The notes under the pieces are model-generated. The model had not been told where the DNA came from and ran no database searches. It saw only the letters and a program-made list of their open reading frames with translations. A program made the translations under genes and the position numbers. Source: Callorhinchus milii (taxonomy: Eukaryota). Taken from it: a stretch of DNA of 64,000 nucleotides. Location of the stretch: positions 101,868,001 to 101,932,000 of the forward strand of contig NW_024704742.1 of the NCBI RefSeq assembly GCF_018977255.1, in the 5' to 3' direction. This document shows, in pieces, positions 50,542 to 64,000 of the stretch (positions within the stretch are counted from its first letter, which is position 1; every line of letters begins with the position of its first letter).

Positions 50542-51945
50542 AAACAGGTTACAAAAAAATCCAAATTGTTTGTCTCTGAATGTCTAATGTTTCTTCTTTA
50601 AGATGGCAGCTCTTTTTTTTGCTTCACTTTGACAAATGATAAACTTTGTTTCTAGGCTTGGAGACTAAGCAGGATCCATTCAGGAGATTTATAGGAACGG
50701 TGAGGTTAATTGGACCGTATATTGGAATGGCAAAACGATCGAGGGTAATTTATAAAAGTCACATTTGGGACCACGTGCTCTTTTTCCTAATGAACTTTAC
50801 TTGATTCAAATCTGGGATAGTTCTGATTGATCCTCTGGCCCTGAGGACTAGTTTCAGGCAGGTCAGTATTTGATGTGTGGTGTAGAATAGATCATGACGT
50901 GATGGGAGTCACAGCTGGTGTGGATCAGGCAATGCTTTGACTATCCTTGTGTATAATTAAAAAATGTCAGATCCTTTTGGATCAATATCATTTTACAATA
51001 ATTGCATTAGCAGTCGGTCTCCTCATTTTAGACTATCAAGAGTATCCAAAATGTATCTAGTCTGGAGCGAACAGAGATTGGAAAGTACAGTATTTATTTT
51101 CAAAAAAGAAAGAAGGGAGTTTATCCTTATCAACAGACCTTCCGATTAACTGGTCATTCACCTCATGGCTGTTTGTGGGACCTTGCGATGTGCAAATGGC
51201 TGCTTGTGTTTGCCTAAAGTCACTTCATTAGACAGTAATTATCCGTGAGGTGTATTGTGACATTTTGACATGATAAGGTGCTATACATATGAAAGTGCCC
51301 TCTTGTCAATTCACTTTACAGTATATTCTGTGAAGCACTTTGGGACGTCTAGAAGACGTGAAAAGCACTATATCAAATGCAAGGATTATTATTATTATTA
51401 TTGTGTTGAGAAGTCCAATTGATTTTGGTCAATGCCAATAAATCTATTACAACCCCTCTCCACAGTAGAACTAGATTTAATTTCTGCCAGTTGTAATATA
51501 GGTTTAGGTCTCTCACGTAAGTGTGTTCTGTGTCAGATACTGAGAATTTTGCCTGTCAGTCATTTCTTTAGACCCTGCTGTGTAGAGAAGCCACAGTGGG
51601 ATTTCTTTACATACTCTGTTTTTAGTCAGTGCTGCTGAATGTCTCTGCCACCAGTCACAGTCTCTGGTGAGGCTGCTTCAAAAACCTGGGTTACCCTGGT
51701 GCAGTTAACTGGAATTAATTCCTGTGAAAGAAAAGCATAAACTGTTCTGTTAGTCTATACCATCAGTGATTTACTACAGCAGCCGTTAGGGACATCTGTT
51801 CATTTGGCCAATTCAATATAATATATCTGCATCGAATATACATATTTAATTTATAAATCAAAGTTAACTCAGAAAAGCAGTGGTTTTCCAGCTTCAGTCT
51901 TTGGCTGTAACATAAAGGCTGTTCTGTAAAGTACATAATGTCACC

Positions 51946-52272
51946 AGTTCTGTGGTGTTCAGTGGGAGAGCACTCACCCTGTAAGCGAGAACACCTGGAT
52001 TCGATTCCCAGACAGGGTGAAACATTGGGCAAGTTTCCTTACTCCACATGCCTCCAGCAGGAACCCGGTTAATAATCGATTGTCAGATTGCTTTTCTGGG
52101 GGTAATAATCGATTATATGTATATAAAAAAAATTGGTCACTCAATCCACAACTGTTTATGGAACACTGATGTACACAATTGGCTGCCGTGTTTCTCCCAC
52201 AAAATACAGTCCATTCACTTTCAATCTATTCTGTGAAGCGCTTTGAATGTCTTGAAGATGTGATAAGGCGGC
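51946..52272 (+). mobile_element. older long-form variant of the tRNA-Ala SINE
   Basis: Head, extra AGGAACCCGGTT..ATCGATT segment, and tail. Confidence 0.8.
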
Positions 52273-55044
52273 ACTGGTAATGCGTATTCCTTTTGAACCA
52301 GATAGAGAAGTTGCCAAATTACTTAGTTTAAAAAGGAAAATCACTTGGTTGTAGATTGAAGAACTGTATTTTCACGTCTGTCAATCAAAGATTGCACATG
52401 GTTTTCGAGAGATTTACAGAAGTGGCGAGAGTTGGGGTGGAGAATGCTGCTTTATTCTTAGGCTGCATTCAGGACAGAGCTTTCCACTTTCCAAAAAATA
52501 AAATCTGAAAGATCTGTATTCTTCAGCTTCAACTGAAATAACTTAGTAAATATGCAATTCATTTTTTCAAAATCCATTTTGTAACAGGGAGAACTTGCTT
52601 TGCTTTATTGAATGCTTTTAGAATGAATGGCAAAATAACACAGTTCTTTTTTAAAATTAATTTAGATGGCATGTTTTTTAACATTACTTTCTGATGTATT
52701 AATGTTTTAAAGGAAGATTGGTATTTAAGCAGCAGGTTTAAACTTTTTGAGGCAGGATTTAAAAATCTTAACGTTTCTGGCTTTCTGTGTGATTATTGCT
52801 TGAGTTCCAGATTATTTATTTCCATTTTCTTTCCCCATATTGTGAACTTGATGAACCATATAGGTCTGCAGAGATGAGGTGAATCAATACATAGCAGAGA
52901 TGAAACCTGAGACCTTATGGGCTGCAGGGATCTGGGTTTTGTACCTTATCAATGCCAAACAATTTACATTTTTATAGTGCCTTTCATGTGGGGAGCATGT
53001 CTTAAAGCGCTTGATAATTCTGGAAGGATGTTTGAGCTGGAGATGGGAGGAGAGGGAAAAGACGACCGAAAACATGGTCAAAGAGGATCTGAATGCAAGA
53101 ATGGGGATCAGGTAGCAAATTGAACCACTTGGATTTTGTGACGATTTTCATGCGGTGGGCATAGGAGCTAACGCGTCACAGGCACGATTGGCTGAATAAC
53201 CTTTTGTGCTGAAATTTCTTATTGTTTCTTATCTTTCACAATTTCACTGTGACTATATGGAATTTAAGGAAAGAGGCCTGAATAGTCTACTCAGGACTGT
53301 AATGGTTTGACTGATAAGTACTGTCCTACTAATAACATGTAATCAAAGCTGCTTGTAGAGTAAGCCTGTTTTGGAGAAAAAGGAGCATTTTAATTACCTA
53401 GTCACTGCAGTAGGTTTTCAGCCTTAGTCCACCATCTGTAGCTAGCCTGAAGATCTGTCATGTTTCTTTATATTAGCGATGAGCAAGCAGCTTGGGTTTG
53501 TGGCTTGTCCAAACTGCAAATCTAGAGCTCCTGTTGTCACCGCAGTGTGACAGTGCAGGTTAAAAGCAGGTGGGCCTGGAAGAATAAGCTTCCAATATGT
53601 GAGATCCACACTTCCCAACCAAAGGACAATCACCAGTACTACTGCACTAACTAATCCAATGCGTGGGTATAATGCAAACGCAGGTGCATACTAGTAGCTA
53701 TTTGTTTTTTTAAGAAAAAGTCTTATCAGGCTGTACATTGAACTAATTCTTTTCACCTAATCTTTTTCGCCCACAAAATGTAGTTAATTCATTTTACAGT
53801 TTATTCTGTGAAGTGCTTTGAGATGTCTCAACGATGCGATAAAGCGCTTTATCAAATACAAGGATTATTATTCTCATAATCCCAGGACCAACTCTGGAAA
53901 ATCATTTTATTTTGAGTATTATACATTTTGGAGGAAGGTAGGGATATGTAAATTGAGTTTCAATTTCTATTAATGGAATATTTATAACTAGTTTGGAGAT
54001 ATTGTCTTCCAGATATTGCCCTTGGTTTGGTAGCATATTTCTCAGGTGCCTCCTGTGCTATGCATGCAGCAGTATTGAGTAGTCTTGAGAATTAATGCTT
54101 GCTCTCAAAACATATCCAACCTTCCAGCGTGCCTGTGCACACGGATGCACCCTTCCCCTCCCCAACTTGTGAAACAATTCTGAGCATCAGATTGATATTA
54201 AAAATAGAATATCAAAGATTACACATGTTGGTTTTGTGTTGACTGAAGATTTGGACACGTCTGATTTGTCCCAGTTGACCTTTACTTTCGAATACTAACA
54301 ACTCTTATTTTCCTCTCATTATTCTAGCAAAATGAATTGACAGATTAGATAGTGTACTGCACTTTTCAAGGGATTAAATACAAGGGAACATATTCTTACA
54401 TTTAGAACCAGCACAGTTGGAAACAAGTCAAAAAATATTCACACAATGTGAACCCGTGGCGTGTATTGCCCCAGTAGAGAGAGAATCGATTGGGTTCTTT
54501 CAAAAGGAGATAGATGTTTGGGAAGTAGATGTTTAAAAGGGATGTGGGGAATGGTATTAAGAGCTCTGCCACAATCTAATAAAGTAATGGAACAGGCTTT
54601 ATCGGTTGAATGGCTTCCTCATTATTTTCTTAATTGTTTCCTTCTATGGTGAATAGAACTGCATAGACAAGAAGCCTCATAAGAACATAAGAAATGTTGG
54701 ACAAAAAAAGACCAAAGTCCATCTAGTTTTCCTTCCACCCCCTTCCTGGCTGTCACATTCACATTTGTGCCAAACTATCTATGCCTCTTTGATAAACATC
54801 AGTGGTTATGCAATGCAGTGGCATATAACGTGAATGGAGATCCAGATTTAAATAAACAGATTATCTCCTTTTTTAACTTCTACCTGTCTTTGAATAGTTG
54901 TTCCTTCCCAGTTAGGTCGCCCTCCACCACACATGATTCAAAAGTATATACGTGACCTCTTCCCAGGCCTCTGTTGATTGTGTTTTGAAGCTGGTTGCTG
55001 GAAAATGGTTGAGACACACTTCCTCTTCTTTTCTTGCCATGGAG

Positions 55045-55258
55045 AATAATAATCCCTCCAAAACCAAAAACAATAATATAAAAATTGGTCATTTTCAATC
55101 TACGACTGTTTGTGGGACATTGCTGTGCGCAATTGGCTGCCGCATTCGCCCACAAATATACAGTCAATTCACTTTACAGTATATTCTGTGAAGCGCTTTG
55201 GGACGTCCTCCTGACGTGGAAAGTGCTATATCAAATGCAAGGATTATTATTATTATTA
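55045..55258 (+). mobile_element. 5'-truncated tRNA-Ala SINE
   Basis: Body and tail match the family. Confidence 0.88.
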
Positions 55259-55931
55259 TGGAGAAGTGTCAGACTTCTATTCATACCTTATCAATAGTCG
55301 AGCAACTGCGATAAGCAACTCTGAAAGTGGAGGAATAAAGTCAGAACGTACTGGAGATACCTGCCAGGCAACTCAGCATCTGAAAAGGGAAGCAATGTTA
55401 CTCTTTCAGATGCTGAGTGGCATGTTGTGTATTTATGGCATGTTCTGTTTTATTTCAGATTTCTAGTATGTATTTGCACTTTTTAGGCAGAGGGTGGAGA
55501 ATTTCTGGTGCAATTCCACGTTCTGCCACTTGGTGGCACCAGATGCTTGTGCTCCAATGTGCTGTCCTCAAGCCTATCTAATTGTGAGTGTTGTTTGCAG
55601 CAGAGATATCAGTGTTTGGAAACTAACAGGAGAATAACATTGTTTGTATTAATTATAATACAAATGTATTTATAGGGGTAAGTACTTTGTGTATGTATTA
55701 TTGTATGCTGTCAAATTTGTTAGTAAAATACTTTTGTTAGTAAAGTACTGCAGCTCCACTTAAGGGAGGATTGTTTCAACAGAAGGTGATTTGAGCCCAC
55801 GCATTTCTCATGTTTGGATTATTTTGGATGCAGATATGAGTTTTAAATGTGAAAGATTGGCTCTTTCCCAGTAACTCAGCAACTCGTGTCTTCTCCCGCA
55901 CCCTCGCCCGGCTCTACAGCCCATCTACAGT

Positions 55932-56257
55932 GGAGTCCTGTAGCTCAGTGGTTAGAGCACTCGCTTTGCAAGTGAGAGACCTGAGTTCAATTCCAGGCAG
56001 AGGGCGAAACCTTGGGCAAGTTTCCTTACTCCACACAGAGCCTAATAATAATCCCTCCAAAAAAAAACCAAAAACAATAATTAAATTGGTCATTTTTCAA
56101 TCTACGACTGTTTGTGGGACATTGCTGTGCGCAATTGACTGCCGTGTTCGCCCACAAATATACAGTCAATTCACTTTACAGTGTGTTCTGTGAAGCGCTT
56201 TGGGACGTCCTCCCGACGTGAAAAGCACTATATCAAATGCAAGGATTATTATTATTA
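55932..56257 (+). mobile_element. full-length tRNA-Ala-derived SINE
   Basis: Near-identical to 34432-34754. Confidence 0.93.
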
Positions 56258-56712
56258 CTGGCTCTCCATCCCCCAGAGGATAGTGTTAAAAATCCTTGTT
56301 CTCGCCTTCAATGCCCCCGCCACCCTCCCAACTCTGATCTGCTAACCCTATATCAACCTGTCTGTTTCCCCCGTTCAACAGGCTCCGGCCTGCTCCACGT
56401 TCTCCGCCAGGCCTGGGCCCACCATCAGCAGTCGGGCCTTCAGCCTCTCTGCCCCCATCCTTAGGAACTCCGTTATACAGTCCCTTCGTCTTGCTCCCTC
56501 CTTTGCCTCCTTCAAGGCACGTCTCAAGACCCTCCTTGACCGAGCATTCAGCCTCCCTCCTACCCCTACCCCCCTGCCCTTCACTCCTCCACCCACCCCC
56601 CCCACCCGCCTCATCCCAACCCTGCTTGAGTCCAATTCCCTGACTGTCCAGTGCCTTGGGATGTCCTCCTGATGTGAAAGGCGCTATACAAATGTAATTT
56701 GTTGTATTGTTG
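56258..56712 (+). mobile_element. L2 3' fragment
   Basis: Same 3' coding end and tail as the other L2 copies; abuts the SINE at 55932-56257. Confidence 0.85.
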
Positions 56713-58582
56713 CACACCATTTTCCCTTTAGGTAAGCAATGTCCAGGACATAAAATAGCTCTCTAAATAACTGCATATTGCATTGATTTAGTCACGTGAA
56801 ATTGAAACTCAATTGTTCCCCTTTCCAAAAAATGTATACAAATAGGATGGATTGGCCCAGTGAAAACTCTCCTCCCGACAGCCTTCTTCTACCTTTTCTA
56901 ATTTTCCACATTTCATTCTCCTTCTTGGTTCCTCATGTAACAGAAGAAGGCCATTCAGCCCATTGTGTCTGTGCCACCTCCCTTAAGAGCAAAAACCAAG
57001 TGAAGGGAGTGGAGCTATTTTACGCTCTGGGAGGCCTGGGTTACTCATACAAGTGCAAAGTCACACCAGAGACTTCCTTCCAAATCTTGCATTAGCAATT
57101 GAAGGATTGCAGTTAAAATAACTTCAAAAGGATTGTTATTTTTATTACTAAGTAGTTATCTCACTGCCATTTTAGAGAAGATTTACTTTACTGTGCGAAT
57201 ATACTAATGGTTTATATATGGGACGTTGTTGAAGTAAAGCGCTATTGAGGCTGCCAGCCCTGAGCTTCTTGCCAAACAGTCAGGTTTTGGAGCTGATTTG
57301 ACTCATTAGAATTGTGGGTAATCTGAACTCAAAGCTGAAGTTATTCCGATTGTGAATATTCCTCATTGTGATTCCCAGTGTGGCTCAGTTGTTAAAGCTG
57401 ATTCCAGTATCAAACTGAGCCATGCAGACCAGAAGGTCCCAGGTTCAATTCCTGGGCTGTACTGTGCTGATATTTTGGGTCAAGAGTGGGGGAAATTAAT
57501 TTTAATTCTCACTCCTGGTCCCCATCAAGTGAATTCTGATGCTAAGAACATGTATGGAAGTCTGGTGAGGACAAGCCTGGCCTCTTGGGTGGGAAGCAAG
57601 TGGAGTCTCCTTTAAGTTGAGTTGTCTCTAAGGTGATAATCCTGGCAATGGAATATCAGAATCGGGTCTATCCTTTGCGTCGTCTCAGTCATCTCTTTCC
57701 TGATTTAGGTGGAACAGCAGTACTCAGAAGGCATTGTTGATAACAGACTCGCTAACTTGGCTCATCGGCAGGACGCGTAGCGGTATTGAAGGCAGGGATT
57801 CTTCCCACTCAGTTCCCATCAACACTGCAAGTCTAATGGGCAGGGTGGTCCTACCTAGACAGGTAGCGGGACGTTCTGCCAGACATTGTTTGCAATTGCA
57901 TTGCAGTTTTAGCTGGTTAAACTCAAGCAGTACCCACAACTTGCACTTTGAGGACCCCAAGCCTTGTCTCTTGCCGGTCTGCACCTAAGCAAGGTATGCC
58001 CTCTGGAAAGGGACTGCACATCATTCGAGACCAGGAACATTTCCATATGTTGGTGGCTTGCATACGTGGAATGATCTTAATGGTTTGAATGCTCTTAACA
58101 TGGCGACGGATTTCCAATTGTGACAGATACCTGGCTGACAATATAACAGGTTTACAAATGAAGAATGATCACTTGGGAGAGGTAGCAGAAGACAGCCAGC
58201 ATCTGTGAAATGGCAACTCAGTGTAATTCAGCATTTTCAGGAAGGTGGGAGGGGGAGGACTCGAGTTCTATAATCTGTATTGGCTATGAATTGTAGAAAA
58301 TGTGTCTGGACTGAAGTATCTTTTAAAACATTCATGGAATATTCACAATAGAAATTAATTCGTATATTTTTCGGATGGCAGATGCAGTTGTCCCAACAAA
58401 TTGGGTCACGCATTAATTTGGGATTGATAAGGTTCTGTAAATGAAGGCAGATCTTTGGACGAATTTTTTTTTAAATCCTGCACCTTTAATGAAATTGCTT
58501 TCTATTTGAAATTAGTTAATTATCGATACAAGAATCTTGGTTTGGTTCGGGCTAATAATTGGAATTATATTTGTAGGTGTCA

Positions 58583-58830
58583 ACCTGACTCAGTTGGTAG
58601 CACTATTGCCTCTGAGAAGGTTGTAGCTTCAAGCCCCAGATCATGACTTTGAGCTCATAGTGTAGGCTAAGGTGTGCTCATTAAACCGAGGTCCTGTTTA
58701 TCTGTTCAGGAGAGTGTTAAAGACATTATTCAAAAAGAGAAGAGAAATTCTCCCAGTGTGCTGGCCAACAGTTCTCCAGGTACAAAAAAAATGGTTATTC
58801 ACTTTATGGCTGTTTGTTGGATATTGCAAA
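58583..58830 (+). mobile_element. old DeuSINE (SacSINE1/AmnSINE1-like) remnant
   Basis: CTCAGTTGGTAGCAC..TTCAAGCCCC head and TTAAACCGAGGTCCTGT..TTCTCCCAGTGTGCTGGCCAA Deu-domain-like text. Similar remnants at about 1105-1300, 15240-15355, 24200-24410, 31260-31505 and 60170-60350. Confidence 0.65.
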
Positions 58831-58844
58831 TCAACTATCTCATT

Positions 58845-59770
58845 CAACAGCAACTTGCACTTACATAGCGCCCTCCACGCAGGGTAGAGTTTCAGAGCGC
58901 TTAACAGTGGCGGAGCCTGGCTCCGGGGAGGGGGGAGGTAGCAGTGAACACAGTGGAAGAGAAAAGTTTTCAGGTGGGACTTGAAAGGGGAGAGAGGGGG
59001 CAAGGCGGAGGGATTGAGGGAGAGTGTTCCAGAGTTTTGGGGTATAGTGGCTGAAAGCCCGACCTCTGATGGTGGGGTGGATGGTGCGAGGAACGAGCAG
59101 AGGCCGGTACCAGTCGAGCGGAGGTGCCAGCAAGTGGATTGGGGAGTGAGGAGGTCGGAGAGGTAGGGAGGTACCAGGGAGTGAATGGATTTGAACATGA
59201 ATGTGAGGATCTTGAATTTGATCCGTTTAGTGATGGGGAACCAGTGGAGCCTGGCCAGAACTGGTGAGATGTGGGTATGGAGTTTGGTTCGGGTCAGTAT
59301 GCAGGAGGAGAGTTCTGAATGAGCTGGATCTTTTGAATGGTGGAGCTGGGGAGACCAGCGAGGAGTGCATTTGAATAATCCAGGCGTGAGGTGACACGCA
59401 TGCATGAGGATTTCGGCTGCATTTGGGGTAAGGTACGGTAGGAAGTGGGCAATTTGGAACAAGGCGCTCCTGGTCAGGGACTGGATGCGGGGGAGGAAGG
59501 GCAGCTGGGGATTGAACCGGATGCCCAGGTTGCACACTGGTTCGGTGAGTGAGGGAGAGCCCAGGGAGGTTGAGGAGTTCAGATCGCAGGAGTGAAGATA
59601 TTGACGGGAGCCAAGGAGTATGGCTTCCATCTTGTCCATATTCAGCTGCAGGAAGCTTGCACTCATCCAGGCCCTGATGTCTGCCAGACAAGCTGATAGA
59701 ACATCAGCGTACCTGGAGTTGGTACTGGAGGAGGCAAAGTAGATTTGTGTGTCATCTGCATACATGCGGA
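58845..59770 (-). mobile_element. L2 LINE 3' fragment (RT from YADD to tail)
   Basis: MYADDTQIY, LQLNMDKMEAILLG, RLHWFPITKRIKFKIL; closely similar to the 47469-49975 copy. Confidence 0.92.
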
Positions 59771-62700
59771 AATTTACTACACTTTACAAGAAACTCTGTG
59801 AAATTCTTTGAGATATTTGATGTGGTAAGGTGCAATATGAAATGCAAGGATAATAAAAACCTGAGCAAGAAAATAATACCTAATAACGTACATAATATTT
59901 TGATGCATTTAAATGTGTATCTGTGGTCACTAGGGGTCACTCTTGTATTTTTTAATATGTTGGGAAAAAACAGCAACACAAATTTAAACAGGATGCTAAT
60001 GTACACAATCAGCTTGTATACTGTTTCCTTCATCTCCTCGTAAGGACACACCTCTTCATTTTGTTATTTAATGGGGTGAATTTCAGCGCTCTGAAATGCT
60101 GCCCCATGAGGCAGGCGCTATATAAATGCAAGTTTTTATTACTGATGTTGCATTGCAATAGATGCTATCATCGTTCAGATGGGATATTTAACATAGGCTC
60201 CTGTCTGCCTGTTCAGGTGGATATTGAACATCCCATGGTGCTATTCGAAAAGGGAAAGGATCTCTCCCATTGTTCTGATCAGTAATTCAGATGAATTGCT
60301 CATTCATTTCAAGGCTGATTGTGGGATCTTGTTGGCATAATTGGCTGTTGTATTTGAATACAAAACTGGTCATTACACTTGACAGTCGTATCATGTCGAA
60401 TTGTGAATGCCTCGCAACTAAGTACTTTTTTAAAGAAAGTTTAGTTCTTAATCAGACAGGATTATGTTTTGTATTTTCCAAAGAATTAGACCAAAGTTAA
60501 ATCAATAATCAATACCAGATTGTTACTTTTACCACAGAGTTTCTGTTTTCAAGGAAAAGCTTACTGCTTTCAATGGATTAATTTTCCTGTTGCCTGATTC
60601 CATTTATTTTTGCCCTTTCCTCTTTATGACTTAACATGCCCTACCTTGCCGAATGAGTAGGCAGACACAAGCTTATATCTGGTTTGGCTATGTGAACATC
60701 CCAAGATGGCTGTCCTTCTGATTCCCATGTCATAAATATTTGATACTGTAGCTTGCCCATGTGAAATCCATTACTAGTTAATGAACAGCAGTCTTGATGA
60801 GTAAAAATCTTCTCATTTCAACTGAAAGTTAGTATTTTGTTTTTGTTCCAGTTCAGTAATTATTTACATTTTTAAAACTTTTTTCCCCACTTTCAGTGAG
60901 ATTTCTAGTTTAGTTCAAACTGCGAAGTTACTAATAATTTTATATCATTGCCCATTGGAAACTAGGTTGCGACTGCACCAATTTTATTATATCTAGCAAA
61001 GACAGGAGACTTTCTTCCTTTCAGTCTGGGTTAAATTCAACCTCAGTATTCACAGTATACGGTAAATTGCACATTGAAAATACCTAGCATCTGCTGCCTG
61101 ATGGAAACATCTGGATGCAGCCCCAGGCTGGCACTTTAATTAGTTGCAATCGTGATTTTATAAATGGAACAACTAATAATCTTGAAAAATACTAACAAGC
61201 CTTTCCTCCCTGTAAATGTCACCTTTCCTAGCAAATGTGGCAGTAATTTACAGGAGCAATTTCTAACTGCAAGTCGCTTTCATTAGGTCCTCAGAATTTG
61301 ATACTTTTCAAAAGTTGGAAATCTTACAGAATAAAGGTTATCTTAATACGTTATTCAAATATTTATTTACTTTGGAGGGAGATCTTGAAGCCATTATTGG
61401 GCCAGAAAAGGGAGTTCAGTGAAAGATTAACTGAGTTGTATTCTGAATCTTCAGTTGCTGGTGTTGACAGATTACTGCTTCAGGCAGAATCCAGGGGGAA
61501 GCTTTTTCTAGTCGTAGATTCCCCTACAATGACCCAGAGTTATGTTCTTCAGGAAAGTAGCCACGAGTGCTGGTAATGGCTGGAATTATTTTCCCTCATT
61601 TGCAAGTTGTAACATCTGCCAAAGGTGGATTTTTTTTAACTGGTGGTGGCAATGACAGGGCTGTTGTGCTCCTGTATATTTCACTGGAAACTGGAAGATA
61701 AACCTTTTTGACCAGTGTTCTTGTGAGAAGATATCAATCTGAAATACTGAAAATTCTATATTTTAATAGCTCCTAAAATAAGGTATGATGCAAAACTACA
61801 ATAAAAAAACACATCCCAGCACTGTCTTCTGTAAGTCTCAGAGCCAAATACATCCAACACTGCTTTATATAACTTCCAGAGGCAAACACAAGCCAGAACT
61901 CTCTTGTGTAATTCAGTCCAATATTGGCTTCTCACAAACGCAATCCCTCTTCCCTGTGTGATACTATGCCTCGGTTTACCTAGCAGTAATAATCCCTCCA
62001 AAAAAATTGGTCACTCAATCCACGACTGTTTTGTGGGACACTGCTGTGCACAATTGGCTTCCGAGTTTCGTCCACAAAATACATAGTCAATTCACTTGCA
62101 GAAAATTCTATAGTTTAACTTTGGTGAAACGCTTTGAGACATCACAATGACGTAATAAGGCACTATATCAAATGCAAGGAATATTATTATTACTAACGTT
62201 CGTTGAATCTCTTTAAATTTCACTGTTGTTCTCCCCACTAATTTGGGTATTTTTCACCATCAGGAAATCATCAGATTTAGTTTCAAGCAGGTTTTACACT
62301 GTCTGCTACTATCAAATGGTCTAATATTGGTGGTACTTTTAAGATACAGGGCATCATTGATTTTACCCTCATTAGTATCAAATAATTTTAATTTTAATTT
62401 AATTTAATGTAACTTCAGTATCAAGTAATTTTAATTTATAATTAATTTAATTTAAAGTAATATAAGTATCAAGGCTAACATCCAGCTTGTGTGCAGCCAA
62501 TTCATAAAATTGTCAGTTAAGAAACAGCTTGATGCTCTACTGGGTAGACAACAGGGGTTGTTTTACTGGAAGAATTAGATTAAATGGGTTAAAGGACGTT
62601 TTTCATCTCTACTTCTCTTGTGATTTCATCTGATGAGACACTGGGGTGTCGGCCTAGTTTAGAGGCTGAAGTCCCGCTGGGGCGAGTGGGGGAGCTTGAA

Positions 62701-64000
62701 TCCAAAGGCAAGACAACAACCAACTGGATGGTTGTATAATTCTGTTCCATTGTGAAGCATTAGTTTGAAGGATAATTTTTTTAAAAAAGGGAATGAAGTT
62801 TCATACAGGTCTTTGTAATATTTCAATAAGTCTCTGGACCACTGTGTAAGTAAAGTGTTCTGGCAGGAACTTCACTTGTTTTATTATCCAACTGTAATCC
62901 ACTTGGCAAGAGCCTGCACACTCTTCTCTATTATTAGTTAATCTGAAACTCTATGGAAGGTTTTTTTTGTTTATGAGGCTTTTAGTTTGAGTGATATCCT
63001 GCCATGGTTTGGTGTGTTGATTTTCATATTGCTGCTCCCAAGTTATATAGTACTGTGTGTTTGATGAATAATTGAGGGTGCATTTAATCTGTTTCAGCAT
63101 TGAATCAAATCCAAAGCCCTTTAGAGACAGTTGCAAGGTTACTCATTCAGCAGAGCTGGTTATGTGGCAGTAAACAGCCACAATACATTTCAGCATTCAG
63201 TTTGGTCAGTGTTTTTTTTCCTGATTTTTTTTTTAAGAGAGGAATGTTACTGAACTGCATTATGTTATAATGATCATAGTGTTAGAACTAAGACAGTTAA
63301 AATGGAGATCATGTAAAAAGAAACCTCACAGAGTTGTGAAAATGTGGAGTGGACTGCCCCAGAGGCTGAATCACTGAGTTACCAATAAACTCCTGATAAC
63401 TCGACCCTGGCTTGACTTGTCACTACAATTTAAGTCATGGTGCTGTCAATATCTTGGCAACATTTATGTATGTATGTATTTATACATATGCCTAACTCAC
63501 CACTAACTCACCACATAACTCGTCATAGAGTTTCAGATTAACTAATAATATAGAAGAGTGTGCAGGGTCGTTTCCCTTGGAATGAAAAGTTATTAGGAGT
63601 TTACTGCATCCAGATACTTGGGAAGTAAGGGTAATAAAGGGTACAGGAAAGGGGATTTAAAGATCTACCAAGACAAAAACAAATTACATTTTTATAGTGC
63701 CTTTCACGTCATGAGGACGTCCCAAAGCTCTGGACAGTCAGGGATTTGGACCCAAGCCGGGTTTGGAGGGGTGGAGGGCAGGGAGGGTAGGGATAGGAGG
63801 ATGATTGCCTTGAAGGAAACTGGTAGAGTAGGCTTGGTGACTTCCTCTTGTTACTCTGTCTCAGTGCAAAACGTAAGGATAGTGAGCAGCAGATGCTTTC
63901 TTGGGTTTAAGTCCGGCTCCCAGACTAGTCCAGACTGCTGGGTTCATGGCTGTAGGATGCATATGGCCCATCTCCAGAATGTGGAGGAGCTGAGAGGAAA

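Overview
Repeat-rich vertebrate genomic DNA. The repeat complement (DeuSINE-type SINEs, CR1 and L2 LINEs, Penelope-type palindromes) suggests a cartilaginous fish; that is an inference. The only host gene I can support is DMXL1 (Dmx-like 1, rabconnectin-3 family) on the minus strand. Its first three coding exons are 37034-36948, 10108-9983 and 105-28, all GT-AG and phase 0, and the gene continues off the left edge. The 5' end lies in a CpG island with two TCTCGCGAGA palindromes, GC boxes and a GTCACGTG E-box, plus a short uORF and a GGGCCGGG-type repeat in the probable 5'UTR. About 2.7 kb of simple tandem repeats lie directly upstream. The rest is intronic or intergenic DNA full of decayed mobile elements: many L2 and CR1 fragments, a young tRNA-Ala-headed SINE sharing its 3' stem-loop with L2, a hAT (Charlie-like) transposon with an intact 8-bp TSD, a Ginger-like fold-back element, and a palindromic Penelope-like element carrying two degenerate hammerhead ribozyme cores. 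Repeat boundaries are approximate and were read by eye. All long ORFs in the track are transposon remnants or low-complexity artefacts.
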